NCBI RefSeq assembly: GCF_009914755.1
Contig: NC_060925.1
Direction: 5' to 3' (one strand)
DNA from: the human T2T-CHM13v2.0 reference genome, Homo sapiens
DNA: 64,000 nt
Positions 1-13,309 of the stretch are shown piece by piece (position 1 is the first letter of the stretch; the number at the start of each line of letters is the position of its first letter). The position numbers and the translations under genes are program-made. The notes beneath the pieces are model-generated. The model worked only from the letters and a program-made list of their open reading frames with translations. It ran no database searches and was not told where the DNA came from.

Positions 1-1271
1 GAGGTCCCATGACAAAGTGACACAATTTTAATGGGTGAAAAGTAACAGCTGTCCTTTGGAAGAATTAGTTTTGAATTGTGTGACTTTAACACTGAATACC
101 CCAGGAAAAATTAAATTGCTCTGTTAAAGTTTACCTTTTGAAAAGCTTCTCATGTTTAAAATAAAACTATCAATTAGTTTGTCTTCATTTTAACAATGGA
201 AAAGACTGAGACACAGAAGTTATTAAATAGACTCACAGATGCCCTGATCCAAATTACTCTTTACATCTCATCCCCCAAATCAAATCTATTCCTGTTATCC
301 TCCAATTCTTCATATGACCAAGAACTGACCATGTTTTGAAGCGTGTGGAAGTGCTCTATTTTAAAATATTTTTCAAGAAAGCCATATTCAGTACACGGCA
401 AAACAAGGCTTGATTTTCAATGGCCACGTGCTCCCCTTTAAAATTTTATAACTCAATTTAACTTTTCCAATAGCTTTGCAGTATGAAAATTCAGTTTATC
501 TAAAAAATGTACTTCACCTCTTCTGTGAATAAGGTATTTTAAATCACAATCTTATCACGTACTACTTTTTCCTGAGTACATAGGTATTAACTATAAGGCA
601 TATGAATCCAAACGTGGACAGTATCTTTTTCTTTTTTATAAAATTGAGATAACTGTACACATTTGTTTTGTTACCTAACACAGGCAACTGTTCACAATTT
701 ACTATTAAGCATACTAAATTATGATCCCTTGAAGCCTACAGAGCCTCTACTCCACCCACTATACATTTGTATACTTCCATAATATTTTCTTTAAATAAAT
801 TCCTGGAATTCATATCACAGAATTCAAGGTAAGACATTTATTTTTCAGGCTTTTGATTCTGTTTTTCCAAACTGCTTTTTAGAAAGCAGAAGTATAGAAG
901 AGTGCCTGTTTCCTTGCACTCTTGCCAAAATCAGATTTGTTGGGTTCAATTTTGCCAAGACAGTCACTGAAAAGTAAAAGCCCATTGTTTTCTTTACAAC
1001 TGCGTACCATGCACTTACATTTACACCTTATGCTGTTATCACTGAACCACAACCCCACCCTCCACTACCTCTGGACCTTCATGCAAACTCAATGAACCGG
1101 AAGTGTAGATTTGCAAAAATGCAGTACTACTAATGCCACTGTTTAATTTGTATAACAATAGCTCTATCGTCTTTCTAAGTACATTCAGGATCCATGTCAA
1201 AGATATGCATATGGGATATTTTTTAAAAAGAAACAAGTACAAATAAAGGAAAGCTGCCACTGAGCACCCAC

Positions 1272-1350
1272 CTGCTTCAGCCTGTCATAGTCAAGTCCTT
1301 CCGTCTGGACTCCATTGGCACTGGGCTGTGATAAGGGTGTGGATTTTGGT
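1272..1350 (-). CDS. ENAH: ENAH exon 12 (79 nt): (R)PKSTPLSQPSANGVQTEGLDYDRLKQ, start of the tetramerisation coiled coil
   Basis: Acceptor atacag, donor CAG|gtgggt; phase 2 to 0. Confidence 0.97.
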
Positions 1351-2456
1351 CTGTATAAATGAGATTTCCAGGACAGGTAAACAACATTCTTAATACTTAA
1401 TGAGTTCATAAATAATTGCAAATTTACCAACCCAACACCAGATTTAAATACATTTCTTTAAAAAAGCCATTTTCTTAAAAAATTATCAAAATTGTAGGGC
1501 TGATTAGAACATAAAACAACATTTTTTCACTTTTCTCAGTATTTCTTATTTATAAAGGAACTAGAAAAAGGTGACAAGATGGTGAGACTTCTTCAGAAAA
1601 GAGTAGAAGACAGTATTCTTTGGGCATGAGGTAACCAGGTAACGTGGCACGTTGACCAAAACAGTGATGAAGAGGCCAGCTGAAACATCTGAGGCTCAAA
1701 TAACACAATCTTGTTTTGTCTTTCTTTTGAACTTTTACATTATCTACTTAAATACCTGGACAAACCAGTGAAAGGAGAAACATAAAGACTTGAATGTTTT
1801 ACACTAACATAAATCAGCTTACAAAGCTGATGCCTTGGATTGCAGGAAGAAAACATTTTTAGTGAGCATGATTTGCTTTATACATATTATTCCATTTCAA
1901 GCATCAAAATAAAAAATGTTTTAAAAATGTTTATTAGATTAGACTATGTGACTATTTCCTTGTGAAATTTTTATGGAGACGTCATTTGAATGGTGTGTTT
2001 CAGGCTAACTACTTCCATAAATTTATTTTATTAAATAAAAAGGATATGCCAGACAGAAGCAGATTGTCAATTATTATTGCACTTTCAAAAGTTTAGTTTC
2101 TATTATAATTCTTAATAAGTCAATGATTAGGTATATTTTAAACAAGTTTCAACACCAAATAAACCAGTCATGGCGCCCTCTCCAAGTCCGGCAATAAAAG
2201 AGTCCCCAGTGGAAAACCTAGAGTTTTAAATGGGCACTCCTCTGGGTTCTGGTTTAGTCTAGTAAATGCCCTCCTTTATGAGCCACAAATAAATGCAATT
2301 TAAAACCATCAGGCAAATCATATATTCCCAATTTTGCAGAGTACCAATGTTAGCAATCTGAAGCAAGACCCAAAAGGCATAATAAATTTTTCAAAGTTAT
2401 AATTTATAATTCTTATAAGACATAAAATACTTTAAACCCATAGGCATGGTTCCTGA

Positions 2457-2787
<331 letters not shown>

Positions 2788-3353
2788 TGTTAATCTGCTT
2801 TACTATCAAAACGTATTACTGCTTAAAAGACTGTTAGGAAGCAAGTCGTCCAATTTTACTTTATTAGGTATCTGCTTATATGAATAGGGGGAAAAATAAC
2901 TTCCAGAAAATTTCATTCAATAAGCACTGAGCTAGGCACTGTAGGGAATAATATTTATATGAAATATTTCCTTTCCTCTTGTGAGGCTACACCTTCTTAC
3001 TTTGCTAGGGAAGACTACTAAATTCCAAGGTCACTTAAGATTTACTTAGATCCATAAAATGCAGAGTCACTTCTGGCAAATATTCTTAAAGTTTAGGATG
3101 TTATTTCATATATTCACTCATGCTACCTATTCCTGTTCTCTAGAATTAAACTATAATTCATACTCTGCTTTTCTTTTACATTTCCCATTTAAGTGGCCCA
3201 TTTAGCTAGTTATTTTCTCAAGTTATATAATGAATACCTCTGAAATTCACATGAACTACAGCCTGCTATTTAATTGGGCAAGTATGTTATGAATATATCC
3301 ATATTTACTAGGCAATGCAAAAATTATTGTTATGTAATAAACAATTGTGGAAA

Positions 3354-3415
3354 CATGCAAATTTTTAAAAATTTAATTCATGCTAACATGCAATCCATCA
3401 CCACCACCACCACCA
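3354..3415 (-). promoter_or_regulatory. Distal intronic splicing enhancer of exon 11a: RBFOX (U)GCAUG x3 plus UGG repeat
   Basis: catgca at 3354-3359 and 3387-3392, catgc at 3379-3383, (cca)n at 3395-3415; about 1.9 kb downstream of the 11a donor. Confidence 0.85.
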
Positions 3416-3429
3416 TGATAATTAACTAA

Positions 3430-3490
3430 AGGGGGGAACTTTTCATACTGAAGGAAAGATGTAATCACCACTTTTTTTCTTAACTTTTAC
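3430..3490 (-). promoter_or_regulatory. Distal arm of the exon 11a RNA bridge
   Basis: gtaatcaccac (3461-3471) is the exact reverse complement of gtggtgattac (5182-5192); flanking helices extend the duplex. Confidence 0.85.
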
Positions 3491-3586
3491 CAAAAAAGTT
3501 TATCAATAACATTATCCCAGGGGGTACTATGTGTGAAAGCAGCAAGATAACTGAGCAGATTTACTACATTTAAAAAATATATGTAT

Positions 3587-3855
3587 TTTTGGACACAGGG
3601 TCTCATTCTGTCACCCAGGCTGCAGTGTGCATGATCTCAGCTCACCGCAGCCTTGACCTCCTGGCCTCAAGTCTTCTTCCCACCTCAGCCTCCCACAGGC
3701 ACATGCAACCATGCCCAGCTAATTTTTGTATGTTTTGTAGAGACAGGGTTTAACCACATTGCCTAGGCTAGTCTCAAACTCCTGGACTCAAGTGATCCTC
3801 CTGCCTCGGCCTCCCAAAGTGCTGGGATTATAGGCATGAGCCATGGCACCCAGCC
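3587..3855 (-). mobile_element. Alu (J-type)
   Basis: Diverged Alu consensus. Confidence 0.9.
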
Positions 3856-4291
3856 TTAAAAATCTCATTGTTAAATGCTACTTTTCTATGTACTAGCAAA
3901 TTTTCTAAAGAAATCTTTTGGCCAAAACAAACCACCTCAAAAAAAAAAAAAAAAAAAAAAAACACAAAACTATTTCACTACTGGAATATAAACATTTTGT
4001 GAAGATTTAACTGGCTGACAAAATTAACTTGTCAAGTATTTTGATCATTAATAGCATAAAAATAATTTTAGCAAGTAAGAATTTGGCCAGAGTCTGCTTA
4101 CAGAACTCCCAACTCACTGCAATAGACATCCACTATGAACACCACTTAATTCATATTCCCAGTGAACTTGATGTATATTTTTTTAAAAAATAGATGTGTA
4201 AAATAACATAAATATATTTCAGTTATTTCTAACCTATGGGTTTTCATCATAATTGATCACAAAATGAGGGTTTCTCAGGTTTTTATTTCAC

Positions 4292-4593
4292 TTTTTTTTT
4301 TTTTTCCTAAAAGAGGGTCTCACTCTGTCACCCAGGCTAGGGTGCAGTGGTGTTATCATGGCTCACTGCAGCCTCTAACTCCTATGCACAAGATATCCTC
4401 CTGTCTTAGCCTCCTGAGTAGCTGAGACTATAGGCACAAGCCACCAGGCCCAGCTAATTTTTTTTTATTTTTTGTAAAGATGGGGTCTCGCTATGTTTCC
4501 CAGGCTGGTCTTGAACTCCGGGCCCCAAATGATCCTCCAGCCTTGGCCTCCCAAGGTGCTGAAACTATAGGTGTGAACCACCAGGTGCTGGGT
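4292..4593 (-). mobile_element. Alu (J-type)
   Basis: Poly-T followed by diverged Alu consensus. Confidence 0.9.
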
Positions 4594-5160
4594 CAGTTTT
4601 TATTTTTTTATGATGAGAGCGTTGCCTTTAAACATCTGCCTATAAAATGACTGTACTACTATATTTAAGTCCCTATTCTGTCAAATTAATTGTGTAAGTA
4701 ACTGAAAAGCATTGCAGGATTATTTTTAGCTGTCAATTTTTTTAATTAAGAAAAAACTAGTTCTTAAGTCTTCTTAATTAAAAAATGGTATAATAGGGCT
4801 CATCCTAGAAAACAATCTACTCAGGGTGTTAGATGTTAAACTGTCCAAGATAATTTACTACAAAGTATCTAGGAAACAGAGATTTTCCTCAAATAATCAA
4901 TTATCCACAACCATGGCTTTAATATTAGTCCATGTTCCAGTAACAGATGGAAAAGGATCTTCTATTCAACTTTTTTGAAACCTTGTCTTATAATCATAAG
5001 GCGAACAGCCTTTAAAAGAAAACGCTTAAGCTACAAATGGCCTAGATAATACATGTGGCCTTAGATTCCCAGTCTAGTATTTCTAATATGTTTACCATTT
5101 GTATTTATCCTTGAATCCAACTGTGAAGTGATGGCAGAATTTTTAAAAGGTATTCAAAAT

Positions 5161-5219
5161 AAAGAAAAAAAAATCTCCCTTGTGGTGATTACCAATCCAG
5201 GTAGAAAAAGCTCAGCCCT
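5161..5219 (-). promoter_or_regulatory. Proximal arm of the exon 11a RNA bridge
   Basis: Complementary to 3430-3490; starts about 55 nt after the 11a donor. Confidence 0.85.
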
Positions 5220-5274
5220 ATCCTGAACATGTTATTTAAAAGTCTCAAATCACAACGTCACAGCAGGATGATAC

Positions 5275-5337
5275 CTGTGTAATGAATCATAGGACCTGTT
5301 GTCAAAAACAATCTGATTTTTCCTTGGAGAATCCCGT
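5275..5337 (-). CDS. ENAH: ENAH alternative exon 11a (63 nt, 21 aa: RDSPRKNQIVFDNRSYDSLHR), epithelial Mena11a isoform
   Basis: Acceptor ttcatag, donor CAG|gtatca; symmetric phase 2-2; matches the known 11a insert. Confidence 0.97.
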
Positions 5338-6514
5338 CTATGAAGGGGAAAACCATTGAAAGGGATACACAATAGAACTTTAAAAAATAATTCTCATTAT
5401 GTTACTGTTTTATAGGTTGTTAATAGCAAACAAAACAAGAATTGAGTCTATTAACCTTAAAATAACCAATTTTTCCCCAATAAAAGATATTTTAAGATTA
5501 CTTTTAGTTATGTGAAGATACCAGTTACAGAAAATTTTAAAAATCATTACACAATGGCTACTTTTTATATAGGTTGTAGGCACAGTAAGTATATAAAAGT
5601 ATACAAAATTAACTCTTCTCAGGAGGCATGTAAAGGACTAGTTTTCCCATCTTGAATACAAGATCTGTAAGGTCTTAATAACCACAGATGAATGCACCAA
5701 CTTCCCAAACGTTATAATCCAGTCATAGTTTAAAGCATTTTTAACCAAACAGTCTTGCTTTTACTCTGACATATTCACTTAACAAATACAGCAATATGCA
5801 ATATCTCATGCATATTATGGGACATTAATCCATCTTACCACTAACGTAATTTTGACAAAGCTATTCCAAAGAGAAATGGGGACCTTCACTACAATGCAAG
5901 GATAAGACATACTTAAAGCAGCTAATACACTTGCTTTCCGAAGGAACAGGAGAGATAACTTAGGAAGAAAAGCAATATAGTTCTTACTCTTTTAAACATA
6001 TTTTAAAAATCCTTTATGGTTTAAAACAGCTTTTGGTGAAATTTTAAAACCTATATATCAGTAGTTGGATCAAATCTATCAAAAGATATATGAGTGGTCA
6101 GGAAATAATCAGGAGTTCCAGAATTTCTATTTTGGGAAAGGGAAGGAAAACCACCTAACAGAATTGGAACATGATTATGGTGCACTACTGGATATTAAGA
6201 ATCAAGATTCAACTCATCTATATAAAATTATTTTCAAAATGGTGACCTTTAGAGCACTTATTAAATTTCCAAGTCTGAAAAAAAAATCTTTTTTTCCCTA
6301 CCCTGGAATTAGGAAAAATAAAAAAATCTTTCAAAGAACAACTTTTCCTTTACTAAATGGACCAAATACATCAAAGAATGTATTCCATTTGGAGAACCTC
6401 GTCCATGTCCCTTCTAAGACATGACTTCTGCCATCAACGTAGGCTTAGCTTTTAGTTCACTGTGAAATGCAGATCAATGAAGCATGATGAAGAGAAAGGA
6501 CAAATGACACATGA

Positions 6515-6780
<266 letters not shown>

Positions 6781-8243
6781 AGCTCCTTGTTATGGGCTTA
6801 ATAAATCAGCACTTCATAATGTGCTACTGAAGAAAATCCGTAACTAGTAGAGATGTGTTAGAAGGCCATCTCAGTTAGGAGTCTGAGAAACATAAATGTG
6901 CAATTTTTCTACTCTACTGAAAACACATGTCCACCAAAAGCAATTCCCCCTTTCTTCTAAAGTAAAATATGATCATCTTTCAATCACTTAGAAACTAAAA
7001 GCTTTTATACATTCCAAAAGGCCTAGTTTCTTTGTGGAGCTTAAACAATTGTGTCACTACCAAATCTTCTTTCCTACTAGCAGAAAGAACCACATAGGAA
7101 GCCAAATCCAAATTCAGACTTAGACTAACACAGAACAGGTCTGTGATAATATAAAGTCTATCCCTGTACTTATCTTTATTAGGTTTCTATAATTAGAGTC
7201 AAGTTGCTTTTTACGAGACAAAAATAAGGCAAATAGCTCAGAAAGAAAAGACAAAATACCTTTTAGTTTCTAAATACATACTTTTTTTTTTTCTGGGAAA
7301 AATACAAGTCCTTTAAACTGTCTCATAAACCAAGAAAAGGTTTCATCTATGTTCAGGAGCTGTGATATAAATTTAGTCATGAAAATAAAGTATGCCTAGC
7401 TAAAGGAAGAACAAATTTGCCTAAATATGCCCACATGTACTTGTAGAAACAAGTATTAACTAGCCTTGTTTCTGGATACTATCTTTTCTAACTTGATTAC
7501 ACTTACAAGTTTCAAATGAGATAGGGAAATACATGTTTCTACTTTACAAATTCAAAGATGTATGTTTTATTTTGCTCTCTTTTCTCTCCAGCTGATATTC
7601 AGGTTTAAAAAAGGCTCCAAAAATTATATATATACATAAATATATATACATAAAATCTATGTCATTGGAACTAATGGGGAAATGTGACTATATACTATAG
7701 TAGATAATATTATTGCTTAATGTTAAATTTCTTGAGAGTAATAATGGTATTGTGGTTACACAGCAGATGTCCTGGTTCTTCCAAAAAACACTGAAGTATT
7801 TAGGGTGAAACAGTTCTTATTTGTGAATTGCTTTCAAACTAATCAGAGGGGAAAAAAGTGTGGATAGGTAGATATTTAAGACAAGTGGGGCAAAATGTTG
7901 ACAACTGTTAAACCTAGGAAATGGGTATACGCATATTCACTGTACTATCCTTTTAATTTTTCTGTAGTTTTGAATTTTTCAAAATACAAATTGGGAAAAA
8001 GAAAGCTATCTTAAAATCTCAGATCATCTGGTTAATAAATGTAGGGTAGAATTTATCAATCACTAGTAATGTAGATGAGTAATATATAATGAGGCTTGGT
8101 GGTTGTCCAATACTAGGAGGATCACGAGAGTTTTATGGGCTCCTCTGTATAATTTCTTACCATTCAATTTTTTTCTACACTAAGAATGCATTAATTTTTT
8201 TTTATACAAATAAAATATAAAACTTAGAGAAAAAAATTGATAC

Positions 8244-8310
8244 CTGGAGATAACAGGTGACTTGCTGCCATTCATTGTATTTGTTCTTTCCCAAGGTTTT
8301 CTTGTTGGTT
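8244..8310 (-). CDS. ENAH: ENAH exon 11 (67 nt): EPTRKPWERTNTMNGSKSPVIS(R)
   Basis: Acceptor tttaaag, donor CAG|gtatca; phase 1 to 2. Confidence 0.97.
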
Positions 8311-9849
8311 CTTTAAAAATAAAAAACAAAAGCTATTAAATAAATAAATGCTTCCAGAGTTATTATAAAACAAATAACAAAATACTAAATCTCATTATAC
8401 CTGTTTACATAGTAGTAATATAAATAAAAATTTAAATTCTAAACTTTAATTGAAATCTGTAAGGACTCTAATTTGCACAATGCCAGACCTTAAAATGAGA
8501 AGAAATTATAAGCTAGTACAGTAAGTTTCCAAGGAAAACTTACATTGTTAAGTCTAAAATATTATGATTCTATAACCTTAGGATAGTAAGGAGTTTCTCT
8601 AACAAAGAAAGGACAGTAAGAATAAAGTAGGATAATTTTAAAATTAGGATAGTTCAATTAATTAAAATGGAATAGTATTACCGACACTGTTTTAAATTAT
8701 TTTTTAGTGCCAATGATAAAAACAGTAAGTATAACTTATAATATGTTCATGTATTTCAACATTTAATCTAAATCCAAATAGTCCCTCTTGGGGAAAAAAA
8801 TAGGAACAACTCAAAATAAATATCAGAATCCTGAAATTCTATTGTACTTCCTTGATTCTTAAACAATTAATTCTTGGGCCTTAGCCGATTATTCCAGTTA
8901 AATATAAACAAGCTCGCTCTAAGCTCTTATTACAAAAGACACTATGTAGTCAGTGACTCACTAGTTGGCTGTCTATTGTGCTTGAATTGTTTTTCTAATC
9001 TGGGCTGACTCACTGATGCTGTCACTGGCCTCACTACATGACTGGGTAAAATCAGAAGTGGAATCTTCTCATGGAGGAAAGAATTTGGGCCACAGGAGAA
9101 TGAAGTCTATTCATGAATTGTGATCTCATTGTATAGTTTTAACTAAAACTGCTCTGAGTTCCAATGCAGCTCCTCAGCTGGCTTTTGCACATTCTCAGGT
9201 AGCTTACCGTCTCTTCAAAGTACACTTAACGCAAAAATAAACTCACACTCTTCCATGAAGCCCTGCTTTTGGTTCTGGATTTCTTGTTGCATGAAGGCAT
9301 TAGATGTGAAACCTTAAAGTCATTATTGATCTTGCTTTACTCCTCATCAACTAAATTCCTTCTTTTTTATATTCCTTCTTTTGTATTCTAACAGCTAACA
9401 CAGCCTCTCAATGACCGCCACAGTGGTGTCAAGTTCCACACTTGACCAGGAAGATCAAATAATCGGATGGGGTTTGGGACAGGCCGAATCAGAAACATAT
9501 CCAAGTGACACCAGCCCAAGCAGGTGAAAAAAGGGAAGTCCTGAATGAAACTGAGGGACACCGGGACAGGGAAGGGAACGGTCATCGGACACTGTCACTA
9601 AAGAGGAGGCGGGTGGAAGGATGAGGGAGTAATTCCAAAGTGGTTAAGATGTAGCAAGTGCTACCTTTTAACAGCTGGCTGAGGTCCTTTCTCAATCAGC
9701 CAAACCAGAACTATCTTTTAGTCTTAAAAGGGCTCATCTGGTTCAGCTGGCCCTGTGGAAGCTGAGAAGCAAGGGCCTCTTCTCTCTAAGGAGCTCGGGT
9801 GTGTTTCAGGAGGGGCAAGGCTGGGTTCCCTTCAGAGGATCTTTACTGG

Positions 9850-10450
9850 CATGCGTATAGAGCTTCCTAATTGGTCTGCCTATCTTAATCCTCCCTAGTT
9901 TCAATGGGAAAATCACAAGTGCCATTTTAATGTGCCTCAAACAGTTTCAGTGGATTAAATGTCCACTGAACTCAGTACTTGCAGGATAAAGTCTAAACTC
10001 TTGATAATTTTATAAAAGGCTCTCAACATTTTTGTTTCTAACTCATATTTTCAACCTTTTCCCTACAATATTCCTCAAAAAGAATTCCCCGTTCTAGTCT
10101 ATTTCCTATTTCCTAATCTCTTCTTGCTCATCTCCAACTCCATACCTTGCTCATGCTATACTTACATCCTGAAATATCACACCTTCCCCTCACTTTCAGC
10201 CAAACTAAATACTCTTCAAGGAATACTAAGATGTCACTTTTCCCTACAAAGTTGACTCAGGTGACTCGTATGTGTCATTTCCTCCCTCTGTGACACACTA
10301 CTTAGTATTCAACAAGTGGTTGTAAAAAGGTTAACTTCACACCTGTGTGTCTCATCTTCCCAGCTGTACCATGAGTTTTTTTGGGCTTAGGACCTGTACC
10401 TTTCACTTCAGGTGCCTGACACAATGTCAGTTTAAAAACGGAATGAAACA
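9850..10450 (+). mobile_element. L2 LINE 3' remnant (approximate bounds)
   Basis: L2-like blocks (gcttcctaattggtctg; caggataaagtctaaactc; gtgcctgacaca...gaatgaa). Confidence 0.5.
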
Positions 10451-11020
10451 AGTGAGAAAACAGGCCCTGCCCTTTTTGATTTTATATATATGACACACAC
10501 ACAAAACCTGTGCCTTAGTTTTTCATATTTTATATAAGGGATTATATATTAGATAAGGAATTTTTAACTTGGAGTCCATGGATAACCTTCAAGAAATTCA
10601 TGAATATTCTGAAATTATGAACAAATCTGAATAAAAATACAATTTTCCTCCCTGGAAAGAGGATCTATAGCTCTCATCATATTCTAAAGGTTCTGTGAGC
10701 CCAAAATATGGTTCGGATTTACAACATCTATGCGGTACTAATGAGAGTACATACAATTAATTTTGGCTTACAGAAAGAAGGATAAAGCTAAAATAAGTGG
10801 GTCACAAACCAGTGAATTTTTAATGAAAATAACAAACTGAGTCCTATTCAGAGGGAAAACAAAGCCATGATGTTAATTATGGTATAGCAATCAACCTACT
10901 GAAGAGTCACCATTTAATAATAAGAATGAGGAATGGGGGGAGTGGTGAAAAGATGGATTACAATCACAAAAACAAAAACTTCAGAGGTACTTAAAAAAAA
11001 AAAAAAAAAAAAAGGAATTC

Positions 11021-11330
11021 TAGGTGGTGCACTGTGGCTCACGCCTGTAATCCTAGCACTTTGGAAGACTGAGACAGGTGGATCACTTGAGCTCAGGAGT
11101 TTGAGACCAGCCTGGGCAACATGGTGAAACCCTGTCTCTACCAAAAATCCAAACAATTAGCCAGGAGTGGTGCCATGTGCCTGTGGCCCCAGCTACTTAG
11201 GGGGCTGGGGGGCTAAGGTGGGAGGATCACTTGAGCCCAGGAGGTGGGGGTTGCGGTGAGCCAAGACTGCACCACTGCACTCCAGCCTGGGCAACAGAGC
11301 AAGACCCCATCTCAAAAAAATTAAAAAAAT
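11021..11330 (+). mobile_element. Alu (J/S-type)
   Basis: Alu consensus with A-rich tail. Confidence 0.92.
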
Positions 11331-12103
11331 GAAAATTAAAAAGGGAACTGTAGATGCAGCTGGTTGTCTTTAAATCAAAACTGTAGGAATATAAGCATTT
11401 CTCTATAATGGTTTCTTATGGACCACTCTAGATATTAACTCATCAAGTTTATTTATGTCATTTCATTCCAGAATAGATAAGGAGTTCAATAGATAGTCCA
11501 GCCCTTAGTCTTTAATCAAATATGAAGAAATAACATGTGAATATGTAATGAGTTCGTATTCTCATCTTGGATACAGTACTCATCAAGTACTTCTAGTGAA
11601 ATATACTTTTGTTAATATTCTAGGTGATTTATCAGATGCTCAAGAATTCTCAATGTCAGAAATTTCACTGAATTCAAGAACACTTCCCCAAAATTTTAAG
11701 GAGACTTTTTAAGTTTACAAATCAGAAACTTTATTCCCTTAATTATCAATATCACCCAAATGAATGGCTAGGACATCCTTCTCAATTTGAGAATGTTCTG
11801 AAGCAGACTGTAGTACTAACTAACATGCTCACTTTATTTTTACCTCTAGAAAAACAATTATGAAAAATACTCTTGTCATCTAATAGTACATTAATATTTT
11901 CCTTGTTTTAGTAAGTAACCTCAAGAAAGTAACAGCAGCTTCCAGGAGGAAAAAAGTGAATGCTTTCAGGTGGGAACAAAGAACTCTGGCATTTTAGTGT
12001 CCAGTCACTTGGTCCAAATATGGGGAAAGGGGGAATTTTTAACTGGGGAGTATTAATATTTAGAGAAAGTTTATAAAGGTTAAAATATTTATCTTGAACT
12101 TAC

Positions 12104-12152
12104 CAGGTGTACTTGTTGAAGAGGCCTTAGAAGTTACAGGCTCTGAATCTTC
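12104..12152 (-). CDS. ENAH: ENAH exon 10 (49 nt): EDSEPVTSKASSTSTP
   Basis: Acceptor atttag, donor CTG|gtaagt; phase 0 to 1. Confidence 0.97.
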
Positions 12153-12949
12153 CTAAATATACAGATATATATTAATATCACATCTACCAGTCCCCTGTTG
12201 CTATATACATTTAGTGTTTTACACGAACACTTCTAATATTCTTTCTGCCACTCCCCACTTTCTCTTTCATCGGTCTTCTCTCCCTTTCATTTCAGCTTAG
12301 ACTTTCTTCTCCTGTCTTCAACCATCTTCCCTTCAACCCTCCCCACAGCTCCTTTCCTCATGTGTTCTCCTTGAGAACTTTCACTAGCCAATGCTACAAA
12401 GCCAGACACGAGAGACAGATTTGAGGAATGGCATCTAAGGTGGCCAGATGGAGCAGGGGGAACATATTATTTGTTGCACACCAATATACAGCACAGACAA
12501 AGCAGAGTTTGCCCAGCTGAATCAGGGAGGAGGGCATGAAGGTTACACTCTGAAGGGGCACAGCCAATAACCATCAAGCTCCTAAGGGAAACATATGAAT
12601 TTAGGCGAATTCCTTCCTTTTAAATTAATGCAAGGGAACTGAGATTCTAAGAGATGAAAAAAGTAGTGAAATGTCATTCACTCATTTAAGGAACAGAATT
12701 AAACTCCACAGGTTTGAACTTCAATGCTTTTCCCATAATTTCACATATTCAACTCACTTTACTAAGACTGCCATTAAAAATTTATAAATAACAGTCAAAA
12801 CAAGCCACTTCACATGCATAGTTAAAAATTAGCAAATATAAGTTCAAACTAATTAAGCCCAAATTAAATAAATGCTGACACTATTTCCTGAATGAGCTGT
12901 GCCTGAATTCCATATTTTAAGGTATGGTAGACTATCTTTATTAACTTAC

Positions 12950-13007
12950 ACCTTTGTCCTCTTTTTGTTCTGTTTCTATTGTTGATCCCTTTTCAGCAAT
13001 TCTTCTC
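12950..13007 (-). CDS. ENAH: ENAH exon 9 (58 nt): (R)RRIAEKGSTIETEQKEDKG
   Basis: Acceptor ttgtag, donor GGT|gtaagt; phase 2 to 0; the preceding intron is only 156 nt. Confidence 0.97.
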
Positions 13008-13163
13008 CTACAAAGAAGGCAAATCCGATTTTTAAAAATATTATCTGATTCAGTATAAAAACCACTTCTCTACGAGGAAAGAAGTGCATCTAGTTAGTTG
13101 TATTTGGAATACAATTAAAATCCTCTCAATTCTGGGCATGTCCATTATAATGAAATTCCTTAC

Positions 13164-13309
13164 CTCCTGGCCAGCAGGGCACTCATTTCTTCCATTAAAC
13201 CACTACCCCCTAAAGGAAGGGGTCCATTTCCACGGCCTGTATCTGTTTTAGATGAGGCGGAGTTCACACCAATAGCATTCCCTCCACTTGGGAAAGAGGT
13301 ATCCTCCAT
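13164..13309 (-). CDS. ENAH: ENAH exon 8 (146 nt): MEDTSFPSGGNAIG...GGSGLMEEMSALLAR, EVH2 F-actin-binding block
   Basis: Acceptor cattaag, donor GAG|gtaagg; phase 0 to 2. Confidence 0.97.

Noticed and set aside
1-1000. Search for ENAH exon 13 (DILDEMRKEL...)
   Set aside because: Not present; it must lie beyond the left edge of the window.
6065-6424. 119-aa plus-strand ORF
   Set aside because: TTG start, AT-rich composition, no homology or splice/promoter support.
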